From NCBI RefSeq assembly GCF_001194135.2, contig NC_069005.1, forward strand, positions 25,809,309-25,851,678: DNA of 42,370 nucleotides, given 5' to 3'. Positions 11,163 to 21,849 of the stretch are shown here, piece by piece (positions within the stretch are counted from its first letter, which is position 1; the number at the start of each line of letters is the position of its first letter). Both the position numbers and the translations under genes were made by a program. The DNA is from Octopus bimaculoides. Its lineage: Eukaryota. The notes under the pieces are model-generated. The model was not told the DNA's origin and did no database searches. It saw nothing but the letters and a program-made list of their open reading frames with translations.

Positions 11163-11227
11163 TCATAAATAGAGAAATAACAGCTAAAATCAGTTAAAAA
11201 CTAAAGTGACACTTTCAGTTTACTTAC

Positions 11228-11338
11228 TTTTGGCTGTTGTTGTTGTTGCTCATTAACACAATCTCCTCCTCCTCCTCCTCCTCCACCACCTCCTATAGAC
11301 TTGTACAAAGTTTCCCAGCTGTTGGATTGTTGAGAAAG
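11228..11338 (-). CDS. SLF1: SLF1 coding exon 6 (low complexity): LSQQSNSWETLYKSIG10DCVNEQ5PK
   Basis: Acceptor (ct)n-ttggcag|CTT, donor AAA|gtaagt, 111 nt, phase 0 to 0, open frame. No homology support. Confidence 0.65.
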
Positions 11339-11789
11339 CTGCCAAAGAGAGAGAGAGAGAGAGAAAGAGAGCAGATGAAATACACATACATTCATATATA
11401 TGTACATTAGCCTTCGGCCCAGCAATGACACTTCATGCATTGAGTACATATGAAATTTTATTAAACTTGACCAATATTTTTCAAGCAATGAACAATTTTC
11501 ATCAAAACAATGATATAATTTGTTGAATTGGAACTTATTACAAAGCTGCATGATAAACAGCATTTTTTGTCTTTCCATTTGAGAGTGACCACAATTTTTT
11601 TTTTTCGTTTTCCGTTTACCGCCCTCCAGACCCCACAAAAAACACATTGCATACAGCAATAGCCTACAACAGAATGAAAAGTGCCACCCCTTTCAAAGTG
11701 CCACTTGTGGTGGACCGCTCCTACCCCCAGCTACGCCAGTGGCTGTGTGTCTGTTGGGATGTCTGTTTGTGACCTTCTTCTGAGGCAAT

Positions 11790-11895
11790 TCTGTGATATC
11801 TGCTACAACTACGGTTTCACTTGGCTTGATGGATGTTCCTTCTCAAGCACTGTGTATTGCTAAAAGGTCTCAGTCATTTGTCATTGCCTCTGTGA
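11790..11895 (-). mobile_element. RTE ORF 3' end fragment
   Basis: Minus strand reads TEAMTND.DL...AVLEK...AK*. Confidence 0.65.
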
Positions 11896-12197
11896 AAAAA
11901 ATAACTTAAAATCGAACTGCACTCTTTGAAATTTGCACCGAAAATAAGTACAAGGCAAAATTACTACCTGCTTTTATAGCAAGTTGATGCAGATAGTTTA
12001 TGCTGTTCACCTGTGACTTTTAATTCATTCAATTGAAAAAAACTGCATTATTTATGGGATGACCCAAGCCAATATTTCTGACATGCTGTGAAATCCTAGT
12101 GTCTAAGACTCTGTACACTAAGTCATTCAAACTGTTCCCAGCAGTCAACCAATTGTGTTGTAATTAATTATCACAAGAAACATCAGTTGAAACCTAC

Positions 12198-12329
12198 CCG
12201 AAGGTACTTCTGACTTGCCAATGCCGATTCAATGGTGAAATTGAGAGGTACTTTACGCTTCAGACCAACACTGATTTTTCGCTTCAATCCTTTACACTGT
12301 ATATAGTTGGAAGTATCTGGCAGAGAATC
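12198..12329 (-). CDS. SLF1: SLF1 coding exon 5 (basic linker): DSLPDTSNYIQCKGLKRKISVGLKRKVPLNFTIESALASQKYLR
   Basis: Acceptor gttattttttgcag|GAT, donor CGG|gtaggt, 132 nt, phase 0 to 0, open frame. Supported by phase rather than by homology. Confidence 0.8.
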
Positions 12330-12497
12330 CTGCAAAAAATAACACCAAAAATACAATAATTACCAGAATATTTACTGTTGGCCTTAGGAAGTATGGTTAC
12401 CACTACAAAGCAAGCAGACATACATGGACAAAGAGGGCCAGGGTTGTAACGGCTTGGATAATCTGAAAAACATACACATGCATATGCATGTACACAA

Positions 12498-12618
12498 ATG
12501 TAACAGACAGCTGTGACATTCAGCCATGACAACCAATCATGCCGCCAATCTTTAACATTTAACAGTAACACCTGACTATAGCAAACAGCAATGACACTTA
12601 ATTACGACAGTTAACGAC
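12498..12618. repeat. Second degenerate 13-mer array related to 10750-11162
   Basis: ATGTAACAGACAG, CCATGACAACCAA and CAGTAACACCTGA CTATAGC match monomers at 10855-10910. Confidence 0.7.
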
Positions 12619-12821
12619 AATGTGTGCATGCACATACACACACACACATATATATATATATTAGCAGGGCTATGGTGGTTTTGATAACCTGTGGAACACA
12701 AGGACAGACAGCAGGATCAGAAATGTAATAATGGCTTAGACAATATAAGGACCACAAACATACTTACATACACAATATCAGGGTCAGAGTTATAATGGTC
12801 TATGCAAAATAAACTTACATA

Positions 12822-12985
12822 GGTGCAGGCGTGGCTGTGTGACAAGCAGTTTGCTTCTCAACCACATGGTTCTGGGTTCAGTCTCACTGCATGGCACCTT
12901 GGGCAAGTGTCTTCTACTACAGGCTTGGGCTGATCAAAGCCTTGTGAGTGGTTTTGGTGGACGTAAACTGAAAGAAGCTCCTTAT
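12822..12985 (+). mobile_element. SINE family C, tRNA head and core
   Basis: GTGGCTGTGTG...GGGTTCAGTCTCACTGCATGGCACCTTGGGCAAGTGTCTTC. CCTTGGGCAAGT resembles the CORE-SINE domain. Confidence 0.85.
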
Positions 12986-12997
12986 ATATATATATAA

Positions 12998-13192
12998 TTT
13001 GTTTCAGTCACTTGAATGCAGCCATGCTGGAGCACCACCTTTAGTCGAACAAATCAATCCCAGGACTTATTCTATGTAAGCCTAGTACTTTATTCTATCA
13101 GTCTCTTTTGCTGAGCTACTAAGTTACAGGGATGTAAACACACCTGCATCGGTTATCAAGCGATGGTGAGGGGAAAACACAAACATATACAC

Positions 13193-13241
<49 letters not shown>

Positions 13242-13388
13242 TACACGATGGGCTTCTTTCAGTTTCCATCTACCAAATCCACTCACGAGGATTTGGTCGG
13301 CCTGAGGCTATAGTAGCAGACACTTGCCCAGGGACTGAACCCGAAACCATGTGGTTGGTGAGCAAGCTACTTAGCACACAGCCACATA
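12998..13388 (-). mobile_element. Near full-length SINE family C
   Basis: Head, core, (TA)n and 3' body all present. Confidence 0.88.
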
Positions 13389-13409
13389 TATCTATAAGTG
13401 CATGCCGTT

Positions 13410-13580
13410 GTGCTTGTCCCCCTGCACCCACCACCACCGATAAGCAACTGATGATGGTATGTTTATGTCTGCATGACATAGTGGTTCGGCAAAAGGGCCT
13501 GCTAGAATAAGTACTGGGCTCGATTTCTTCAGTGCCCCAGCATGGGAGCAGTCTAATGACAGAAAGAAGTAAAAGACTAT
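13410..13580 (+). mobile_element. SINE family C, diverged 3' part
   Basis: GGTTCGGCAAAAG...AGAATAAGTACT...CCAGCATGG...GAAGTAAAAGA. Confidence 0.7.
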
Positions 13581-13741
13581 GTACACACACACACACACAA
13601 TTCCTAAACGGTAACATGCTAAGAGAAACAAACTGCACAGTGCATCATGTGGCATGGTATCATATAGCTTTGGCTATGTAGTGTGAGACGTAGTATAGAG
13701 TGGTGTGATGTGGTATAGCGATAGCGTGGTGAGGTACTTAC

Positions 13742-13925
13742 ATCGATGAGATAGTCCCTAATATAGGTGACATGCAAGCAGTTGATGCTCGTTTTGCGTA
13801 GTGGTTTCACATGGTCCCAATGGCGAGAATCGACAAAGACATAATTCACTCTATCAGCGACATCACCTGAGTTCTTGATAGGCAGCTTTATCATATACAA
13901 TGTGGCTCCACCATATGACAAGATC
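13742..13925 (-). CDS. SLF1: SLF1 coding exon 4 (BRCT2): R-ILSYGGATLY...VNYVFVD...HVTYIRDYLID
   Basis: Acceptor tatttgtgtttcag|G, donor GAT|gtaagt, 184 nt, phase 2 to 0, open frame. Confidence 0.92.
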
Positions 13926-13999
13926 CTGAAACACAAATAATGCGGAGATAAGTGCAAATACACAAGTAAATATACATGGGAAACAAATCCTTAAATTCT

Positions 14000-14215
14000 T
14001 TAACTTGTTTCAGTTGTTTGACTGCGGCCATGCTGGAGCATCGCCTTAGGGTGTTTTAGTCGAACAGGACAACCCCCAGGACTTATTCTTTGTTGGCTTA
14101 ATACTTATTCTATCGATTTTTCTCTTGCCAAACTGCTGTTACGGGGATGTAAGCACACCAACATCAGTTGTCAAGCAATGGAGGGGGAGACAAACACAGA
14201 CACAAATACACACAC

Positions 14216-14257
<42 letters not shown>

Positions 14258-14660
14258 CTACAAATAATATGTGAGTATATGCATATATACGTACATGTAT
14301 GTACATACATACATCTACATGTATATATAGATGCATATCTGGGTACAGGACATCACAAAAAAACATGGACAAAATGAAAAACAGAACATAAACAGAGCAC
14401 AGAAAACACACTGGCCACATAGAGAACATTTCCTTCATCAGCTGCCACCATACTAAACTAAGCGTTTCAAAGAGTTAGGGTATATATATATATGTACATA
14501 CATACATACATACATACATACACACACAACAGGTTTCTTTCAGTTTCTGCCTATTCACTCACAAGGTTTTGGTAGGCCTGACACTTCAGTAGAAGACACT
14601 TGCCCAAGGTACCACACAGTGGGACTGAACCCAGAACCATGTGGTTGTGAAGCAAGCTGT
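14000..14660 (-). mobile_element. SINE family C with ~190 bp of unrelated insert (~14290-14480) in its central microsatellite
   Basis: 3' body at 14000-14220, core and head at 14525-14660, separated by (TA)n/(TACA)n and a foreign segment. Confidence 0.75.
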
Positions 14661-15624
14661 TTCATTAAGAAAAGCAATAATTAATGAAAATGAATTCAAA
14701 TTTAATTTAATACAATGCTTCACCCAAATTGTCAGGAATACCATTGGCTATGCTAGCCATAAACCATTGCTGCATTAAATATAAGATGTGTTGGTGAAGA
14801 CAGAACACAATTGTGTATTCAATGAAACATGTGTAAAAGAACAACTGTTCCTTGCACACAAACTTATATTCTTAATACTGTATCTTCAACACATTTATAC
14901 ACACACATACATGTACAACGGGCTTCTTTCAGTTTCTGACTATCAAATTCACTCACAAGACATAGGCAAGGCTGTGTGGTAAGAAGTTTGTTTTCCAACC
15001 ACATAGCTCCAGGTTCAATCCCACTGTATACAACACCTTGGACAACTGTCTTCTACTACAGCAGTGATTCCCAAACATTTTTGGATTGCCGTGATGGAGA
15101 AGATGGAGAAGATTGCCAAGATGTTGTGATGGAGAAAAACACAAGAGTATTATTATCACAGAAGATTGTGGCGAGATTCCAACCCGGGCCTACGGCAAGT
15201 AAACCACGTCATATTGGCCTTTCAATAGCTTAATAGTGACAGGGGTCACATACTCCTGCTGTAGATTGCATTTCCTCATTAGCAGAGACAGGGTCACCTT
15301 TGGTGAAGCAGAAATTGTGTGGATCCAAGGAATCCATTTGCTGAAGTTTGCATCCACCGCTTACCAAAATCCTGCAATTCAAAGCTGGAAATTTTTGTCA
15401 CTGAGGCTTCCTCTTCTAGGTATGTTTGGTTCGGGACTGTTTATCTTTTTATTTTCATATTCACAGCTAACCTTCATATCTGAAAACCTTTCCCCTATCC
15501 ACCACCAGGGGACCCAGTGATTGGAAGTTTTCTCTCCACAACAGGGCTGCCAGAAGATGGTTTGGCTCAGTCTTCCCCACTGACGAAAGATTTTCTGTAG
15601 GGGTTTACCAAGGCTATATACCAG

Positions 15625-15968
15625 AAGGCGCATAGCTCAGTGGTTAGAGCGTCAGGCTCACGATCATGAGGTAATGAATTTGATTCCAGGACCAAGCTGT
15701 GTGTTGTGTTCTTGAGCAAGACACTTCATTTCATGTTGTTCCAGTTCAGTCAGCTGTAGAAATGAGTTGCAACATCACTGGTGCCAAGCTGTATCAGCCT
15801 TTGCCTTTCCCTTGGATAACATCGGTGGCATGGAGAGTGGAGGCTGGTGTGCATGGGCAACTGCTGGTCTTTCATAAACAACCTTGGCCAGACTTGTACT
15901 TTGGAGGGGTGAACTTTCTAGATACAATCCCATGGTCATTTATGACCAAAGGGGGCCTTTACTCTTTT
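15625..15968 (+). mobile_element. tRNA-derived SINE with a V/CORE-like central domain
   Basis: A-box TAGCTCAGTGG and core GTGTTCTTGAGCAAGACACTTCA...CAGCTGTAGAAATGAGT. Its 3' end matches the reverse complement of 28160-28232. Confidence 0.8.
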
Positions 15969-16199
15969 TTTACCCATAGCAGAAGGCATCAGCTTAAGAT
16001 GTTACAAGGTGGGACTGAACACAAAAACAACAGGGTTGCAAAGCAAACTCGTCGGTCACACAGCTGTGTCTCCACCTATACGTGCCATAATTGATAAAAC
16101 AAAAATGTTGAGATGGTCATGGAAGGATTACGTTTGATTATACGTCTGCTAGACTAGGACTGACCAAGGGCTAAGTAACACCTGGAATAACAAACTTAC

Positions 16200-16440
16200 C
16201 TTTGATAAATAATTCTTCTCCGGTTACTTTTAACAAGAACAGCTACCTTCCAGTTGTTGAAAGCAAGTCCTTTGTTCTGCTGAATCAACTTGCGCCACCG
16301 AGACGGAGCTTCGCACATGTGCATCTGGTTGGAGTCTCTTGGTTCCGCCTGGTGAGGCCCCCACTCATAGTTATATTCTTGCACCCACATTCCATTTTTG
16401 GCACTGTCGTAAATGAAGTCAGGAGTAAGTATCCACACAC
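16200..16440 (-). CDS. SLF1: SLF1 coding exon 3: GVWILTPDFIYDSAKNGMWVQEYNYEWG...APSRWR...AFNNWKVAVLV...IYQR
   Basis: Acceptor ttgtatttccag|GT, donor AG|gtaagt, 241 nt, phase 1 to 2. Matches recalled SLF1 GKWILTKDYI..SAK.G.W..E..YEWG..AP.RWR..AF..WKV. Confidence 0.95.
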
Positions 16441-16499
16441 CTGGAAATACAACCAAATGGAAAAACTGTTCACACCAGAATTGAAACAACAAAGAAGGA

Positions 16500-16534
<35 letters not shown>

Positions 16535-16677
16535 CAGAAGAATGTAGAGGTTGTTTAACCCCAGGTTGGATCAATGATCTAAGGTGTTCCAGTCATAATA
16601 ATCCCATATTCTATTAGACACTGTCTACCTAAGACTACATTATCTAATGTATAATAGAGTAGTTAGTGTTGATAGCT

Positions 16678-16850
16678 GTAGTGGGTGCTTTTTACATGCC
16701 ACCGGCACAGGAGCCAGTCAGGCTGGCCTGGCATCGACCACGTTTGGATAGTGCTTTTTACATGCCACTTGCACGTTAATTTCATGAGCAGGCTGTTCCG
16801 TTGATTGGATCAACTGGAACCCTCGTCGTCGTAACCGACGGAGTGCCAAC
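16678..16850. mobile_element. Family A fragment fused to the 3' end of SINE B
   Basis: Junction at GCCACTTGCACGTT (16764-16777); B tail ends GGAGTGCCAAC at 16850. Confidence 0.8.
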
Positions 16851-16874
16851 ATGACAGAAAGGATAAACCTACAC

Positions 16875-18060
16875 TAGGAGACTTCTGGAAGAAATTCAAC
16901 ATAATGTATGCTGTGGATAACATAGCTGAGTCATAGGATGATGTGAAACCCTTATCTTTGAATTATTCTTGTAAAAATATGTAGCCAGATGTATCCATGA
17001 CTTTACAAGTTTCCACAAACAAAGTTTTAGATCATATCTGGAAAGATATTAGGATCTTTTTTAAAACGGGGGCCACATTTTTCATTAATGTTTTACGTAG
17101 TGTTTTTGGTACGGAAAGACTTTCAAACTTTGTATACTTATCTATTTTGTGTTATAGAACAGAAAAATATTTTTGTATTCGAATTTATTTCATGTAAAAA
17201 ATTGTCTTATTTCAATAATTTCAACCAATCACTGACAAGTATTCAGTTGTTAACATTTACTCCTTTGGCTGATTAAGCCATAGCTTCGTTTTATTTGCTT
17301 TTTTCATTTTAAATTTGCTTTTTTCATTTTCTTTTTTTTTTCGTTGTTTTATTTGCTTTTTTCTTTTTAAATTTGCTGTTTTACCCTAACCCTAACCCTA
17401 TCACCGATAGAATTGTTTCAGAATCGTTTGTTTATGTAGTCGGCACTTAATGTATATCGGCTGAATGGACGTCAGTGATTGGTTGAAATTACAGAAATAC
17501 GATAACTTTAACATGGAATAACTTAGGGATTTCTTTTTTTTTAAGAAAACTAAGAGAAAAAGATGTTTTATATGACACATTCTACCAGTGTTCCAAGTTT
17601 CAAAGTGTTTCGTTAATGAAAAATGTGGCCCCCGTTTTAAAAAAGATCCAGATATTACGACGCTTACAAACAATGTAGGGTTTGAAGAGGCCATAGAAGA
17701 TTAAGTGGTTGCATTGCTTTGTATGCTACACAGAAAACTTACGAAACAAGGAACTGATGCTGGTTGAAAAAGGACAAGCTGAGAATGCAGATGATAACCC
17801 GGAAATACCAACCACTTCTACTTGAAACGACTGCAAAGAATATAGCTTAACAGGTTGACACTTATAGGAGGAAGGCCTCAAAGTATTTGCTGATAACAAG
17901 CTCTAATAATGAATGTAACGTAAAAGTTACAAGAAGAGTTTACAATGAGCTCGCTTCCTATCCCAAGTTGTACAAAAGAGATGATGTGTCGTGGACATCA
18001 AACAACTTTGGATTGGTTCTTCACCCCTCAAGCAGATGTCAATGGTGATGAACAATAAGA
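16875..18060 (+). mobile_element. Tigger/pogo transposase C-terminal remnant, interrupted by a MITE
   Basis: DFWKKFNIMYAVDNIAES*DDVK, VGFEEAIED, KVTRRVYNELASYPKLYK and QTTLDWFFTP. Confidence 0.8.
17052..17649. mobile_element. 598-bp MITE with 37-bp perfect TIRs and an 8-bp TSD (Merlin-like)
   Basis: TIR GGATCTTTTTTAAAACGGGGGCCACATTTTTCATTAA. TSD AGATATTA at 17044-17051 and 17650-17657. Internal (ACCCTA)3. Confidence 0.9.
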
Positions 18061-18489
18061 CAAAAGATAGTATCGCTCATCCTCCCAATTACACATTCTA
18101 CCACCACCATCACCTCTCACACAATAGTTAACACACTGGGATAAGAACATATCCTATTATAATATTATTCATTTATCTTTTTTGTATACATATTGTAGTG
18201 TGTGTTTAGAAATTGTTATTTTCACATATTATTAGAGTTGTGTTGCTTGTTTTTGTCGTTGAGTTTTTCCAGTAAAAAAATCTTGTCAGAATGCTTCACA
18301 CTTTTATAACATAAAAATCAATGGAAAAATGAATTTCACATTACAGCAAGATTTTCAGGCATACATTACTGCCATAATGTGAGGAATACCAATTCTTCTG
18401 CCCACTCACTCTATCCAAAAACAAAGAGAAAGACAAGGTGAAGCATTCTGCTACCTGGAATACTCTAGGAGAAGGGTAATTTTCATTAC

Positions 18490-19010
18490 AGGTGATGATG
18501 CAAAAAAAATGGCTATGTACTTTCAGTAATATTATCAGGAAACGCTAAAGCAGAGTACCATAATGTACTTTATTTGTACTTGCAGAAGCATTCACCTGGG
18601 GTGAGTCGAGCTGGCTCCAAATAATTTCAACACATCCTTAATGAATGCCAACCAAACCAGACTGTCGGCGCATCAGAAAGCACAGACGTTGCAGCCACAG
18701 ATTTCATTCATTGTTGAAGTGTAGAGTTCATGCTCGGAATTTCAATGAGAATACAAGTTCTCATGTGGACTCCAGTCACATGCAGTCACACTTTGGGACG
18801 GTGTGACCAGTAGCCACTCATCTTGCCACCGTTGCTACTTGGGTTTTGTGCGTCAGACAGTAATGTAGGACACTTAATACTAAGTAGCAACACATCTGCC
18901 ATATTTGTCATACGAAATATGCACATGCCATTTGAAAGTGAAGCCTTGTCATTTCAAAGTGAGATTAATGATTTCAAATTGTAACTTGGCTACTTTAAAA
19001 TGAGATTAGC
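18490..19010 (-). mobile_element. Possible mariner-like transposon 5' remnant
   Basis: Weak degenerate similarity to the mariner N-terminal HTH on the minus strand. Confidence 0.3.
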
Positions 19011-19109
19011 ACAAAAAGATTTACAAGAAACCATAACACCTAAACACTGCTAACAAGTGGGGTTATTTTGTGTTCTCATTTATCTTTAACAAGCTGAATG
19101 GCAGGATTG

Positions 19110-19143
<34 letters not shown>

Positions 19144-19659
19144 NNNNNNNNNNNNNNNNNNNNNNNNNNNNNNNNNNNNNNNNNNNNNNNNNNNNNNNNN
19201 NNNNNNNNNNNNNNNNNNNNNNNNNNNNNNNNNNNNNNNNNNNNNNNNNNNNNNNNNNNNNNNNNNNNNNNNNNNNNNNNNNNNNNNNNNNNNNNNNNNN
19301 NNNNNNNNNNNNNNNNNNNNNNNNNNNNNNNNNNNNNNNNNNNNNNNNNNNNNNNNNNNNNNNNNNNNNNNNNNNNNNNNNNNNNNNNNNNNNNNNNNNN
19401 NNNNNNNNNNNNNNNNNNNNNNNNNNNNNNNNNNNNNNNNNNNNNNNNNNNNNNNNNNNNNNNNNNNNNNNNNNNNNNNNNNNNNNNNNNNNNNNNNNNN
19501 NNNNNNNNNNNNNNNNNNNNNNNNNNNNNNNNNNNNNNNNNNNNNNNNNNNNNNNNNNNNNNNNNNNNNNNNNNNNNNNNNNNNNNNNNNNNNNNNNNNN
19601 NNNNNNNNNNNNNNNNNNNNNNNNNNNNNNNNNNNNNNNNNNNNNNNNNNNNNNATATA

Positions 19660-19786
19660 CAGGGTGTCCACAAGGTCTGGGTACATGGAGTAAATAAAAT
19701 CATAACATGAACAATTAAATAGAAGAAATAATAATTTCTTAAAGTATGTGTTAATCCCCATGTACCCAGACTTTGTGGACACCCTG
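19660..19786. mobile_element. 127-bp Tc1/mariner MITE
   Basis: 29-bp TIR CAGGGTGTCCACAA(G/A)GTCTGGGTACATGG with one mismatch; TA on both sides. Confidence 0.9.
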
Positions 19787-19794
19787 TATGTGTA

Positions 19795-19845
<51 letters not shown>

Positions 19846-20558
19846 CCTGCTGTAAAAGAAAAAATACCTATTTCACTATCTACCATCATATTTAAATCTG
19901 TCGCATGTAAATAATGCTTCTTATTTTCTGGTCTTTATACAGTTGAAAATTACAGTTTGCAATTGTCAAGTTAATTCCTATGAACTCAGCAGGGCATCTG
20001 TAGTCTAGTCCATTGCCATAACGACCTGTAAACTGACCACAAGCAGTGTTGAGCACCAACATCTTTGTTCTAGAGAAAAGAAGCTATACAAGAGAAATAA
20101 TTCTGTACTACTCCATAGTTTGATTTCCTGAAAAATAATAGGTTCTTCCTTTGCATTTTCTTAATATCATCATCATAGCATCATACTCTTCAACAGATAA
20201 AATCTTCCCTGCAACATCTGTCATATCATCATCATTAAACATCCAGTTTTCTATGCTTGCATAAGCCAGACAGAATTCGTTGAGGCCACTTTTCTACAGC
20301 TGGATGCACTTCCTGTTGCCAACCCTCACTTATTTCGAGGTAAAGTAATACTCACCTGGCCTGACATGTTTTTTTTTTTCATTTACAGTAGACTGGAAAC
20401 AAACAACATTGTATGACAATAATATTCATTTACAGCCATTACTTGACATCAGAGCAAGGGCACACACACACAAACAAACAAACACACATACATACATACA
20501 TACATACATACATATTATGTCATATGTAACCAAATATGTTTGTTTTTGAAGTGTTGAA

Positions 20559-21054
20559 ATGTATTGTAGTACAAGTAGAAAGATATATTTTCAACACATA
20601 AGTATTTATAGAACAGCGTATATAGGATAAAATCTTTACAGATCAGAAAAATCTTTACAGATCAGAAAAATCTGTCGGCAACCAGCCATGAGATTTGAAC
20701 TCACATCCCTTCAATTTCCGGTCAAAGTGCTTTACCAATTAAGCTAAACTGCTTTACCGAAAAATTCTTCTGCAATTTAGAATTTATAAACTCGTCTAGA
20801 AATGCTAGAAGGAATAGAAATTACACATGTAAACAAACATAAGTTTGTTCTATTTCATCTAGCGGGCTTGTGCTTTACCATCTAGCTTAAATGGTAAAGC
20901 ACTTTGACCGGAAATTGAAGGGATGTGAGTTCAAGTCTCATGGCTGGCTGCCGACAGATTTTTCTACTCTGTAAGGATTTTATCCAATATATGCTGTTCT
21001 ATCAGTACTTATGAATTGAAAAAAATATATCTTTCCACTTGTACCACAATACAT
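20559..21054. mobile_element. Palindromic element: two tRNA-derived units head-to-head, reading outward
   Basis: Arms at about 20559-20745 and 20883-21054 are reverse complements. Each has A-box TAGCTTAA.TGG, stem-loop TTTGA-CCGGAAA-TTGAA and B-box GAGTTCAA.TCTC. Confidence 0.85.
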
Positions 21055-21062
21055 ATATATAT

Positions 21063-21556
21063 ATCATCATCATCATCATCATTTAACGTACGCTTTCCAT
21101 GCTGGCATGGGTTGGACGATTTGACTGAGGACTGGTTAATTGGATAGCTGCACCAGGCTCCAATCTGATCTGGCAGAGTTTCTACAGCTGGATGCCCTTC
21201 CTAACGCCAACCACTCCAAGAGTGTAGTAGGTGCTTTTAAGTGCCTCCGGCACGAGGGCCAGTCACGCAGGACTGGCAACGGCCACGCTCAAAATGGTGT
21301 TTTTTACATGCCACCTGCACAGGAGCCAGTCCAGCGGCACTGGCAACACCCTCGCTCAAATGATTTTCTAAACGTGCCACCGGCACAAGTGCCAGTAAGG
21401 CCACACTGGTAACGATCATGCTCAAATGGTGCTATTTACGTGCCACTAGCACGGAAGCCAGACAGCTGCTCTGGCGATGATCACACTCGGACGGTGCTGT
21501 TAGTGCTCCACTGGCACAGGTGCCAGTCATCAAATATGGTTCAATTACGATTTGAA
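21063..21556 (-). mobile_element. Long family A (RTE 3' UTR) copy
   Basis: (CAT)n tail through the modular ACGTGCCAC..GCAC repeats; flanked by ATATATA. Confidence 0.9.
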
Positions 21557-21558
21557 CC

Positions 21559-21604
<46 letters not shown>

Positions 21605-21849
21605 GAAAATAATATGTGCTCACTTCGAATTACAAAGGGTGTACTGATAAAAGTGAAATAAGACGGAGATAAAAGTCAAACAATAAGCTCATTATCAAGT
21701 AAGAAAGAGAGAACTAGAAACATTGAAACCCTGTTTGAAAGGTTTGAGCAGACAGGAAAACACAAAAAGAAACAAACAAAACAAAGCAAGCACAGACATG
21801 GAAACACAAATCATAAGCACTATATAAGAGCCACATCTTCAACATGGCT

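Noticed and set aside
12768-12799. 32-nt micro-exon with ttttgcatag and gtaagt sites
   Set aside because: It would frameshift the gene, and there is no support beyond the splice motifs. It could only be a poison exon, which needs RNA data.
17383-17400. Telomere or fusion remnant
   Set aside because: Only three units, located inside a MITE.
20883-20950. Functional tRNA gene (also considered for the SINE heads at 1137, 7188, 15625 and 40042)
   Set aside because: The acceptor stem pairs poorly, there is no T-run terminator right after, and each head continues into a repeat body.
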